Source: a bacterium
Lineage (GTDB): Bacteria > Patescibacteriota > Minisyncoccia > JBBINA01
Direction of reading: 5' to 3'
Length of the DNA stretch: 56,618 bases
NCBI GenBank assembly: GCA_037444125.1
Contig: JBBINA010000006.1
Location: 1 to 56,618 of the forward strand
Shown one piece after another: positions 10,005 through 19,148 of the stretch (position 1 is the first letter of the stretch; the number at the start of each line of letters is the position of its first letter). A model generated the notes under the pieces. The model had not been told where the DNA came from. It did no database searches and saw only the letters and a list, made by a program, of their open reading frames with translations. A program made the translations under genes and the position numbers.

Positions 10005-10166
10005 TTACCTTGTTTCTTTATGTACAATATGTTTTCTACAGGACGCACAAAATTTGCTAAAAGCTAGTTTTTTTTGTATGGTTTTACAATTTTTGCGCGT
10101 CCAGTAATTTATATTACCGCATTCAGAACATTTCATCTTAATTAACTTTTTCTTTTTTTTAGCCAT
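10005..10166 (-). CDS. rpmG: 50S ribosomal protein L33, zinc-ribbon type (53 aa; absent from the ORF track)
   Basis: Manual translation MAKKKKKLIKMKCSECGNINYWTRKNCKTIQKKLAFSKFCASCRKHIVHKETR; CxxC..NY...KN...KFCxxCRKH..HKE signature. Confidence 0.95.
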   Translation of the reverse strand: MAKKKKKLIKMKCSECGNINYWTRKNCKTIQKKLAFSKFCASCRKHIVHKETR

Positions 10167-10176
10167 AGATTTTAAA

Positions 10177-10683
10177 TTATTTAATTTCCCAACTCATTTT
10201 ATCTATATTATATTCATAAACTAACTTATCTTTATCAAAAAATAAATCCTCCCCAAAAATTAAATCCCACATATTTCTACCCGGCTTAAAATGAGCAACC
10301 ACCTCATAATTTTCCTTTTTATCAGATTCCCCTTTAAGTCTAATCAGAATTTTTCTTGTTTCAACATTATTAGTATATTCCACATAAAAATTATAACTAT
10401 CAACAAAATAAAACCTTAAAGGATGCCAACGTTTTTCAGATTTACCAGCCTCAGGAATAATATCATTTAACCATAAAACAACATTTCTTATTATACTTTT
10501 AATATTAGCCTCTTGTAAAGTAATTTCCGCAGGTTTTGAATCATTAGACAAATTAAATAACTTCGGATTTAAAACCAAACTATTGTACAATCTTGAGGCA
10601 TAAAAAAGCAGAATAATAAAAGTAAAAACAATCGTTAAGAATAAAACGACTTTAATAGATTTTACCAACTTATCATGCGACAT
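10177..10683 (-). CDS. hypothetical membrane-anchored protein
   Basis: 168-aa ORF with an N-terminal TM helix. Confidence 0.7.
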   Translation of the reverse strand: MSHDKLVKSIKVVLFLTIVFTFIILLFYASRLYNSLVLNPKLFNLSNDSKPAEITLQEANIKSIIRNVVLWLNDIIPEAGKSEKRWHPLRFYFVDSYNFYVEYTNNVETRKILIRLKGESDKKENYEVVAHFKPGRNMWDLIFGEDLFFDKDKLVYEYNIDKMSWEIK

Positions 10684-10807
10684 ATTAAAATTTTCTTAAT
10701 GATGGGCATTATAAAATTTCCTTTAAATGGACCTCTATACTAGCTACGACAAAGGTAAAATAAGAAAAATAAGCAAAGCTGTTTTAGCTTGCCACAATCT
10801 CTTAATG

Positions 10808-10890
10808 TGCTGGGGGAGGGATTCGAACCCCCGTAGCCTTGCGGCGCCAGATTTACAGTCTGGTGCAATTGTCCACTCTGCCACCCCAGC
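10808..10890 (-). tRNA. tRNA-Tyr (GTA)
   Basis: Acceptor GCTGGGG/CCCCAGC, anticodon arm CCAGA-CTGTAAA-TCTGG, long variable arm, GGTTCGAATCC; CCA not encoded. Confidence 0.95.
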
Positions 10891-10938
10891 AAAAAATTTT
10901 AAACAAAACAACCAAAAATCAAAAAGTGTTTTGGATTT

Positions 10939-11613
10939 TTAATGAAATAAATAACTCTGCCAATTACTCTCATTAATTTTATTTAATTTAACTGAATTTT
11001 CAAGTAAATATGGTCCTATGCGGGTACGTCTTAAATTTTCAAGACAAGCCAAACACCCAAGCTTCTCTCCTATGTCATGAGCAAATGAACGAATATATGT
11101 GCCTGAAGAAACACAAAGATTTAATTTTAAACGGGGTTTCTTATAAGAAAAAACCTCAACATCATAAATTTTAACTTTTATAGGTTTTAAACTAAATGTT
11201 TCTCCACGCCTAGCAAGCTCATACGCTTTTTTACCTTTTATTTTTTTAGCTGAAAATGCTGGCGGTACCTGCCAAATGTCGCCCCTAAAGTCAGCCAAAA
11301 CTTTTTTTATAGCTTTTAAGTCTGGCAACTTTCCATAATAATAATTAACAATTCTACCAGTTATATCATAAGTATTCGTTTCGATACCCAAAATTATAGT
11401 AGCTACATATTCTTTGTCAAACTTTAATAACTTGGGCTGCAATTTTGTAAAATCGCGACCAATAAGAATTAATAATAAACCTGTAGCTAAAGGGTCCAGT
11501 GTGCCGGCATGACCTATTTTTTTAATCCCAGTAATTTTTCTAATCTTAGAAACTACATCATGCGAGGTTATATTTTTTACCTTATCAATTAATAAAATTC
11601 CTGAGGCTGGCAT
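10939..11613 (-). CDS. truB: tRNA pseudouridine(55) synthase
   Basis: TSHDVV, KIGHAGTLDPLATG and SSGTYIRS motifs. Confidence 0.95.
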   Translation of the reverse strand: MPASGILLIDKVKNITSHDVVSKIRKITGIKKIGHAGTLDPLATGLLLILIGRDFTKLQPKLLKFDKEYVATIILGIETNTYDITGRIVNYYYGKLPDLKAIKKVLADFRGDIWQVPPAFSAKKIKGKKAYELARRGETFSLKPIKVKIYDVEVFSYKKPRLKLNLCVSSGTYIRSFAHDIGEKLGCLACLENLRRTRIGPYLLENSVKLNKINESNWQSYLFH

Positions 11614-11761
11614 AGTATAATTTCTTGTTAAATTAAAAATGACTCTTTTAATCGTTTTTAAAACAAAAGTCCCAGATATATAAAGATATTACTAAAAAGG
11701 TGGAGACTTGACAATCCCACCCCTGTTTAATGACCTTACTATAACTTTTAATTCTAAAATA

Positions 11762-12019
11762 TCAATATGAATTTTTCTTTATTTTATTTTTGAGATAAGT
11801 CTTAATATAACTGATAATCTCGGTGCGAATCGTCTCGTCAACCATTGAAGCAAAAGCCATCAATATACTTATCAATCCAACAACAAATAAAATATTACCC
11901 CAAAAAACTAAATCCCCTTCGCTATGCGACATTGGCAAAACAAAAAAATAAAGAACTAAAGCAACGACCAGAATAAAAGCAAAACCAACAAAATTATAAA
12001 CTAAAAGATCTTTGCTCAA
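11762..12019 (-). CDS. small two-TM hypothetical protein
   Basis: 85 aa, TTG start preceded by AAGGAGGG; downstream hairpin plus T tract at ~11694-11722. Confidence 0.65.
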   Translation of the reverse strand: MSKDLLVYNFVGFAFILVVALVLYFFVLPMSHSEGDLVFWGNILFVVGLISILMAFASMVDETIRTEIISYIKTYLKNKIKKNSY

Positions 12020-12105
12020 GTTTCCCTCCTTTTGAAAGAAAAAATTTTGATATATTTAGAATATAAAAGATTATAACAAAAATCAATAATTGACGCCTTT
12101 ATATC

Positions 12106-12543
12106 TTGAGTTTTAAAATATTTAAGCTACAATTTAATTTAGATTTTAATAGTTTTTTATTTTTGGTGAATGCGTTCCAACTAACGACTTTATTTTTTAT
12201 TACTATTTTCTCCGGGGTTACTTTCTTCTTATTTATTAGTTGGACAGACCCAACGCGTCTAAATAAATTCAGTTTTTTTATTTTTTATATAAGTCTTTTT
12301 CTTTTCGGATTTGGAGGGCTATCAATTATTGGCTTATTAATACGAAGGTTTTTGGCTAAAACTTATATAAGCCGAAGCGTCTTTGTTACAAGTATTAGGC
12401 AAGGCTTCATTTTATCTTTATTCATTACAATATCATTATTCCTAGAATCAATTAATAAATTTAATCTCATCATCGGCTCAATATTGTTAATAATTTTGCT
12501 CGCCTTTGAAATTTTAACCAATTATTATGGAGGACAAAATTAA
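12106..12543 (+). CDS. hypothetical multi-pass membrane protein (start uncertain)
   Basis: About 4 hydrophobic helices; overlaps the pheS start. Confidence 0.65.
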   Translation: MSFKIFKLQFNLDFNSFLFLVNAFQLTTLFFITIFSGVTFFLFISWTDPTRLNKFSFFIFYISLFLFGFGGLSIIGLLIRRFLAKTYISRSVFVTSIRQGFILSLFITISLFLESINKFNLIIGSILLIILLAFEILTNYYGGQN

Positions 12544-13516
12544 AGAATTAAAACGGGAATTTGAAAAAGATATAAAGGAAATAAATAACTTTAGAACCTA
12601 TTTTAATATTCACAAAAAATACCTTGGTAGAAAAGGTCTTCTCAAGGCACTTTTTCAGCAATTACCTCAAATAGACAACCAAAATCGGAAAAGGTATGGA
12701 ACTTTAATTAATCAACTAAAGGAAGAATTAACCCAAAAACTTAATAATTTAAAAAGCAGTATTGTTGAAACAAAAGAACAAGCTGATTTTATTGATATGA
12801 CCTTACCATCATTAAACATAAAAGGCAACTTTAATCCTCTACAAGAAATGGCGCATAAAGTTCAAGAAATTTTTTTGGAATTAGGGTTTTCAATATACGA
12901 TTCGCCTCATATTGAAACGGACTATAATAATTTCGGCTCGCTTAATATCCCCAAGCTACATCCTTCAAGAGATATGTGGAACACTTTTTATCTAGAAACT
13001 AAAAAAGAAGAGCTTCTTTTAAGAACTCACACCACAGCCTTTCAGGCCCGAGTTATAAAAAAATTTAAACCGCCCTTCCGCTTCATTAATGTGGGGCGAT
13101 GTTTCCGCTATGAACCAATAGACAGCACCCACAATATAGATTTTTGCCAAGTCGATGGTTTTATTGTTGACCAAAATTTGAACTTATCACAATTTCTGGA
13201 AATTCTTGACAAACTTTTTAATAGTATATTTAATACTAAAATTGATATTAAAATATCGCCTTCTTATTTTCCATTTGTAGAACCTGGTTTTGAGGTTGCC
13301 ATCAAAAGACCAAATGACAAAAAATATTTAGAAATTATGGGAGCAGGTTTTACGCATCCCAATGTTTTTAAAATGGCCAATCTTAATTATAAAATATGGC
13401 GCGGTATTGCTTTCGGGGGAGGCATAGAACGTTTAGCTATGATTTATTACAATATTCCAGATATAAGATATTTTTATAATCAAGATTTAAGAATTTTAAA
13501 AAATATCAAGCCATGA
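12527..13516 (+). CDS. pheS: phenylalanine-tRNA ligase alpha subunit
   Basis: HPSRDMWNTFY, LLRTHTT, GRCFRYE..D.TH, YFPFVEPG and FGGGIERLAM motifs. Confidence 0.97.
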   Translation: MEDKIKELKREFEKDIKEINNFRTYFNIHKKYLGRKGLLKALFQQLPQIDNQNRKRYGTLINQLKEELTQKLNNLKSSIVETKEQADFIDMTLPSLNIKGNFNPLQEMAHKVQEIFLELGFSIYDSPHIETDYNNFGSLNIPKLHPSRDMWNTFYLETKKEELLLRTHTTAFQARVIKKFKPPFRFINVGRCFRYEPIDSTHNIDFCQVDGFIVDQNLNLSQFLEILDKLFNSIFNTKIDIKISPSYFPFVEPGFEVAIKRPNDKKYLEIMGAGFTHPNVFKMANLNYKIWRGIAFGGGIERLAMIYYNIPDIRYFYNQDLRILKNIKP

Positions 13517-15540
13517 AATTTTCTCTAAATCTTATCAACCAAAATTTAAAACCAGCTTTAACTTTCAAGTTAGCCGAAAAACTTCTCAATAATCACCTTT
13601 TTGAAACTGAATTAATTGGCAAAACCAGCTATGACTATATATTAAATGTGGATATTCTCCCTAATCGTGCTTTTGACCTTTTTTCCCACTATGGCTTAGC
13701 CAGAGAACTAGCCTGCTTATTTAAAATAAAAACTGGCAAACCCATAAAATTTATTGAATATAAACCAAAGAAACTAGCTTTAACTCCTAAACCTACTATC
13801 CGCTTTATAGACCAATCAGACAATAATTTACTCCGTTATTCAATGCTTTATATTAAAAATATTAAAGTAACTGATTCGCCAGCTAAAATAAAAAATTTGC
13901 TCCTTTCGCTTGGCATCAAACCAATTAACCTTCTGGTTGACTTAACTAATCTTATTATGGTTGAAACTGGTCAACCATTACACGCTTTTGACGCGGATAC
14001 ATTAAAAAACAAAACTATCATTGTTGGTTTTCCTCTAAAGCCAGAAAAATTGGAGACCTTTGACGGAAAAGTATATAATCTCGATCCATCAATTTTAACT
14101 ATAAGAGATGCCGCTAAACCACTTGCTATAGCCGGCGTCAAGGGCGGCCTTGAAACAGGCATCAAAGCTTCAACAAAAAATGTGATTATTGAATCGGCTA
14201 ATTTTTCTCCATTGGCTATAAGGCACACAGCCGCTTGTCTAAAAATCGGCTCAGATGCTGAAAAACGATTCAAAAACGGCCTTAACCCACAACTAACCAG
14301 CCTAGCCCTGGCAAGATTTCTGGAATTATATTTTAAATACGCTCCTAAAATAAATTTTGAATATTATGACTACCAAAATACTTCATTAATCAATCAAAAA
14401 AAACCTAAACCAATAAACATATCATTATCAAGTATTAATTCTTTGTTAAATACAAGTTTCAAAAATCAAAAAATCAAGCAAATCCTTAAATTACTTGGCT
14501 TTAAAATTATCAAAACAAATAAAAAAAATCTAACGGTCCTACAGCCATCATTTAGAAATGACTTACAAAACGAAGAAGATATTATTGACGAAATCTTTCG
14601 TCTAATGGACTTAAAAAATATCAAACGCGCCCCCTACTTTTCTGAAATTAAAAAACCAATGGATTTGGCTGGATTTAAAATAATTAGCCAGATGAGAAAT
14701 TTATTACTGGATAATGGTTTTTCAGAAATCGTTTCTTACAGCATGGTTTCCAAAAAATGCCTGCTTGACTTCTATAACGAAAACCAATTTGCTGACTTTT
14801 TAAAACTAAAAAATCCAATCTCATTAGAATTCGAATACCTAAGACCAAATATTGTTATTTCTTTATTACAAGCTGTGTCAAAAAATATCCGTTTCTACGA
14901 TGAGTTTAAATTATTTGAAATTGGCAAAATCTATTATAACAACAAAAATTCAATACCTGTTGAAGAAAATTGTCTTGGAATAACCATTTACCATAAATCC
15001 GAAGATAAACTTAAGCAAATGAGCACGATTCGAACCTTAAAGGGACTAATAAACGCTATGGTAAAATCTTGGGGAAAGCCACAATTTATTTTTGACCAAA
15101 ACAAAGAATTAAGAATCTTCTTGGACTCTATTTTGTGCGGGAGGATAACTTACTTACCTCAAAACATTAACCAAAAATATAAAATTTTAGGTAAAACCTT
15201 GATGGCTGAATTGTTTTTGGATAAAATTATAAGATTAAAACCAAAGGAAAAACGCTTCCACGCTTTTAATAAATATCCATCAGTTAAACGAGATATATCT
15301 TTAATCGCTGACTCGTTAAGATACGATGAAATTATACAAATCCTTGATAATCTTGAGCTAGAATATCTTCAAAATATAGAATTATTTGATATTTATACTG
15401 ATATGGCAAAAGGTTTTACCAGTTACACTATCCATTTATATTTTGGAGCAAAAAATCGCAGCATTACCCAACAAGAAGCTGATAACGAATTTCAAAACAT
15501 AATAAATATTCTTAAAACCAAAGGCATAAAAATTCGTTAA
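13513..15540 (+). CDS. pheT: phenylalanine-tRNA ligase beta subunit (short form)
   Basis: LPNR, INLLVDLTN, GQPLHAFD, B5 PSFRNDL..EEDII.EI.R and FDX-ACB KYPSVKRDIS motifs; coupled to pheS by ATGA overlap. Confidence 0.95.
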   Translation: MKFSLNLINQNLKPALTFKLAEKLLNNHLFETELIGKTSYDYILNVDILPNRAFDLFSHYGLARELACLFKIKTGKPIKFIEYKPKKLALTPKPTIRFIDQSDNNLLRYSMLYIKNIKVTDSPAKIKNLLLSLGIKPINLLVDLTNLIMVETGQPLHAFDADTLKNKTIIVGFPLKPEKLETFDGKVYNLDPSILTIRDAAKPLAIAGVKGGLETGIKASTKNVIIESANFSPLAIRHTAACLKIGSDAEKRFKNGLNPQLTSLALARFLELYFKYAPKINFEYYDYQNTSLINQKKPKPINISLSSINSLLNTSFKNQKIKQILKLLGFKIIKTNKKNLTVLQPSFRNDLQNEEDIIDEIFRLMDLKNIKRAPYFSEIKKPMDLAGFKIISQMRNLLLDNGFSEIVSYSMVSKKCLLDFYNENQFADFLKLKNPISLEFEYLRPNIVISLLQAVSKNIRFYDEFKLFEIGKIYYNNKNSIPVEENCLGITIYHKSEDKLKQMSTIRTLKGLINAMVKSWGKPQFIFDQNKELRIFLDSILCGRITYLPQNINQKYKILGKTLMAELFLDKIIRLKPKEKRFHAFNKYPSVKRDISLIADSLRYDEIIQILDNLELEYLQNIELFDIYTDMAKGFTSYTIHLYFGAKNRSITQQEADNEFQNIINILKTKGIKIR

Positions 15541-15580
15541 AACAAATCAACCCCGTTATTTAAATCAATAAGAAACATCG

Positions 15581-17617
15581 ATGTCCAATAACAACCCAAA
15601 AAATAATAATCCGTCAAGCTATACAGAACAAGATATTTTTGTGCTAGAAGGTCTTGAACCAGTGCGTAAAAGACCAGCTATGTACATTGGCTCAACCGGT
15701 AAAGAAGGCTTACACCATTTAATCTGGGAAGTTTTAGATAATGCTATTGACGAAGTTATTGCCGGTTTTGCTGATGAAATTTATGTTATTTTGCATCCCA
15801 AAAATTTTGTCAGCATTATTGATAATGGACGCGGCATACCAGTTGGTATCCACCAACAAACCAAAAAATCTGCCCTAGAAACAGTTATGACTCATTTGCA
15901 TGCCGGAGGAAAATTTGGTGGCAAAGTCTATAAAGCTTCAGGAGGACTTCATGGCGTTGGCGTTTCGGTAGTCTGCGCTTTATCTAAATTTATGTTTGTC
16001 TCGACTATACGTGACGGCAAAATTTACTCACAAAAATACTCGCAAGGCAAAACTATCGGACCTGTATATAAACTAGGCAATGCCAAAGTCACTACTTATG
16101 ACAAGATTTTTTTCGACGAAGAAAGTTTTATGGCTGCCCCACTTTTGGAAAAACTTTCTAAGTATCTGCCGGCATTTGCGCAAGGAACATGCGTTACTTT
16201 TTCTCCCGACAGTGAAATATTCAGAAATATCGAGCTTGAAAATAAACGAATACTTGAACGAATCCAAGAAGAAGCTTATCTTACAAAAAAACTCAAAATT
16301 TCTTTCATTTCTTATAGCGAGGACGGTTTGTTTGATTTAAATTCTTATTATTTTGAAAATGGAGTAAAAACCTTCTTGCAAAGCTTTACTAAAAATAAAA
16401 CCCCTATTCACTCAAACCCATTTTATCTGCACAAAACAACGGAAAACGCAGAAATCGAAACCGCGTTTTTCTATACTGATGATATTAATTCAAAAGAGCT
16501 AAGTTTTGTTAACAATATTCAAACTATCGATGGCGGAACACATTTAACCGGCTTTCGCAAGGCTATAACCAAAGTTTTTAACGAATATGCCCGCGATAAT
16601 AATCTTATTAAAAAAAATGAGGACAATTTTAACGGCGATGACATAAGAGAAGGACTATATGCCATCATATCGATTAGAATTTCTAATCCTGAATTTGAGG
16701 GCCAAACTAAAACAAAATTAGGTAATCCTGAGGCACGCGGTATTATTGAAAGACTAGTTACCGAAGGATTGCAAGAATATCTTGAAATTCACAAAGACGA
16801 CGCCAAACGCATTATCGCGAAAATTGCCCTTAATCAGAAAAGTCGACTTATCGCCATAAAAGCTAAAGAATCAGTTTTACGGAAAGGGTACCTTGAAGGC
16901 TTATCACTGCCGGGCAAATTGGCTGATTGTCAAACCAAAAATCCCGACGAAGCCGAACTTTTCATTGTTGAAGGCGAATCAGCTGGCGGAAGCGGAAAGC
17001 AGGGACGAAATCGCTATAACCAAGCAATTTTAGGCATTAAAGGTAAAATCTTAAATGTAGAGAAAGCACGACTTAATAAAGTCCTTGAATCTGAAGAAAT
17101 AAAATCCTTAATCTTGGCTATTGGCACTTCCATTCTTGATAGCTTTAACATAAACTCTATTCGCTATAAGAAAATAATTATAATGTGCGATGCCGACTCC
17201 GACGGACATCATATTAGGACTTTACTTTTAACTCTTTTCTTTAAATATTTTAGACCAGTTATCGAACAAGGATATCTCTATATCGCTAATCCACCTCTTT
17301 ATCGCATTACTAAAAACAAGATAACTGAATATGCTTTTGATGATGAAGAAAAATTTCGCATTATCCAAAAACTAGAACAGGACACTTCAAGCAATGCTAA
17401 AATTGAAGTCCAAAGATTCAAAGGTTTAGGCGAAATGAATCCGGAAGAACTTTATGAAACCACAATGAATCCTGAAAAAAGAATTTTAAAAAAGGTCAGC
17501 ATAGAAGATGCTAAAGAAGCAGAAAGATTATTCGATATTTTAATGGGCAAAGAAGTTTTCTCTCGCAAAAAATTTATTCAAACTCACGCTTTACAAGTCA
17601 ATGAATTAGATGTATAA
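15581..17617 (+). CDS. gyrB: DNA gyrase subunit B
   Basis: LEGLEPVRKRPAMYIG, EVLDNAIDE, DNGRGIP, LHAGGKF, VEGESAGG, DADSDG and QRFKGLGEMN motifs. Confidence 0.95.
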   Translation: MSNNNPKNNNPSSYTEQDIFVLEGLEPVRKRPAMYIGSTGKEGLHHLIWEVLDNAIDEVIAGFADEIYVILHPKNFVSIIDNGRGIPVGIHQQTKKSALETVMTHLHAGGKFGGKVYKASGGLHGVGVSVVCALSKFMFVSTIRDGKIYSQKYSQGKTIGPVYKLGNAKVTTYDKIFFDEESFMAAPLLEKLSKYLPAFAQGTCVTFSPDSEIFRNIELENKRILERIQEEAYLTKKLKISFISYSEDGLFDLNSYYFENGVKTFLQSFTKNKTPIHSNPFYLHKTTENAEIETAFFYTDDINSKELSFVNNIQTIDGGTHLTGFRKAITKVFNEYARDNNLIKKNEDNFNGDDIREGLYAIISIRISNPEFEGQTKTKLGNPEARGIIERLVTEGLQEYLEIHKDDAKRIIAKIALNQKSRLIAIKAKESVLRKGYLEGLSLPGKLADCQTKNPDEAELFIVEGESAGGSGKQGRNRYNQAILGIKGKILNVEKARLNKVLESEEIKSLILAIGTSILDSFNINSIRYKKIIIMCDADSDGHHIRTLLLTLFFKYFRPVIEQGYLYIANPPLYRITKNKITEYAFDDEEKFRIIQKLEQDTSSNAKIEVQRFKGLGEMNPEELYETTMNPEKRILKKVSIEDAKEAERLFDILMGKEVFSRKKFIQTHALQVNELDV

Positions 17618-17632
17618 TCTATAATATCCACT

Positions 17633-17704
17633 GCCAGGGTAGCTCAGTGGCAGAGCAGGCGTTTCATAAGCGCAAGGTCGAGAGTTCGATCCTCTCCCCT
17701 GGCA
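17633..17704 (+). tRNA. tRNA with CAT anticodon, probably elongator Met
   Basis: Acceptor GCCAGGG/CCCTGGC has a paired 1:72, so not initiator. Loop TTCATAA, T-loop GTTCGATC. Ile2 not fully excluded. Confidence 0.88.
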
Positions 17705-17726
17705 CAAAAAAAACAATTTACTGAAA

Positions 17727-17800
17727 GCCCCCATAGTTCAATTGGATAGAACGCAGGCCTCCGGAGCCTGAGCTTGGAGGTTCAAATCCTCCTGGGGGTA
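17727..17800 (+). tRNA. tRNA-Arg (CCG)
   Basis: Acceptor GCCCCCA/TGGGGGT, anticodon arm CAGGC-CTCCGGA-GCCTG, GGTTCAAATCC. Confidence 0.95.
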
Positions 17801-18146
17801 CCTTTTAGAAAATTTCAAGATTCAACGCGTCATCTCAATAAATTTGTTTATCGTTTATATTAAATTTTGTACTTAAAAACAAATTAGCAATTACAGCTGA
17901 AAACAAAAAAATCTTTAATAAAGAAAGGTTTTAAAGATGCCTCAAAACCTTGGTTTTTTGATATTTATATTAACTCGGTTAAATAAGGAAATATAATACG
18001 CGAAAGTATAGACAGCTCACGCTATTTGATTTTAAAGAAAAGGTACTTTTTATTTTTAGAAGCTTGAATATAAAATAAAGCGTCATTAATATTTACCAAA
18101 TTAATTATTGAAATAAGATTTCAAATCGCTAAAATTATATCTCTTT

Positions 18147-19091
18147 ATGATAACAGTTAAAAAATTAGAAAATAATAAAATAAAAAACAGGAAGTCTGGA
18201 AGATATAAAAAATAATTTGCCTGTTTGGGTTGATTTTGAAGAACCAAATGAAACAGAACTTAAAGCGCTAGCTGAAATCGTCAAAATGTCCTTAAATGAA
18301 CTTAAGTACCAACTTGATCCTCAAAAAAGACCAATGATTTTTGACCGAAATGGTTATTCTATTATCATCTTTCAAACGCCACGGATTGCCGACAATTACA
18401 GCACTACCAAAAACCGTGATTTTTTTATTTCGCACTAAAAAAACGATTTTATTAGCGTTCATACTCTGCCATCCGGCGCCATCCGCCGAGTAAAAAATTA
18501 CGACCCTCAACAACTAGCTTCAATATTACAAACAAGAAGACACAAGTAAACTTATCTATACAATTCTTAACGAAGCTGTTTCCTTTTTTTTATCATATTT
18601 TAGATGCTATAAGCTACAATATAGATAAGCTTGAAAGAAAACTTTTAACTGCCACGCCGGATAAAGAAGTATTAATCAATATTCAAGTAAACCCTTATTT
18701 ACTTCCACAGAGCCTTAGTGGCTAATAGCGATGTAGTAGCTCCCATAAGCAAAGAATATCTTAAACACATAAACATGCGACTAGATTTCATTCTCTACAC
18801 ATCGACATACTGCAAATGATTGAAATCGAAGCCACTTACCGAGAAATATTAACTTCGGCTTTAGAAATACACCTTACTCAGATTTTCAATCACCTTAATA
18901 CCATTATGAAAAAAATTACTAGCTGGGGTGCTTTGATACTTGTAACTTCGCTCATCGCTGGCATTTTTGGTATGAATTTTAAATACATTCCCGAAGTCAA
19001 TGAACCATTTGGCTTTTTCTTTGCCATAATCTTAATGCTTGTTTCGGTACTATCGCTTTATTTCTATTTTAAAAAGCGCGACTGGATTTAA
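18147..19091 (+). pseudogene. corA: fragmented CorA Mg2+ transporter
   Basis: 5' fragment VWVDFEEPNETEL...LDPQKRP; 3' fragment LNTIMKKIT...IAGIFGMNFKYIPE...YFKKRDWI (GMN signature). Several frameshifts and stops in between. Confidence 0.88.
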
Positions 19092-19148
19092 AAATAAAAA
19101 CTCTTGCTGGGTCTTTTTTGTTTTTCCTTTTATGATAAAATTTAGCTT

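Noticed and set aside
10727-10942. 71-aa ORF
   Set aside because: Antisense shadow of tRNA-Tyr.
17801-18146. Integrated element at tRNA-Arg
   Set aside because: No integrase and no duplicated tRNA 3' end seen in the window.
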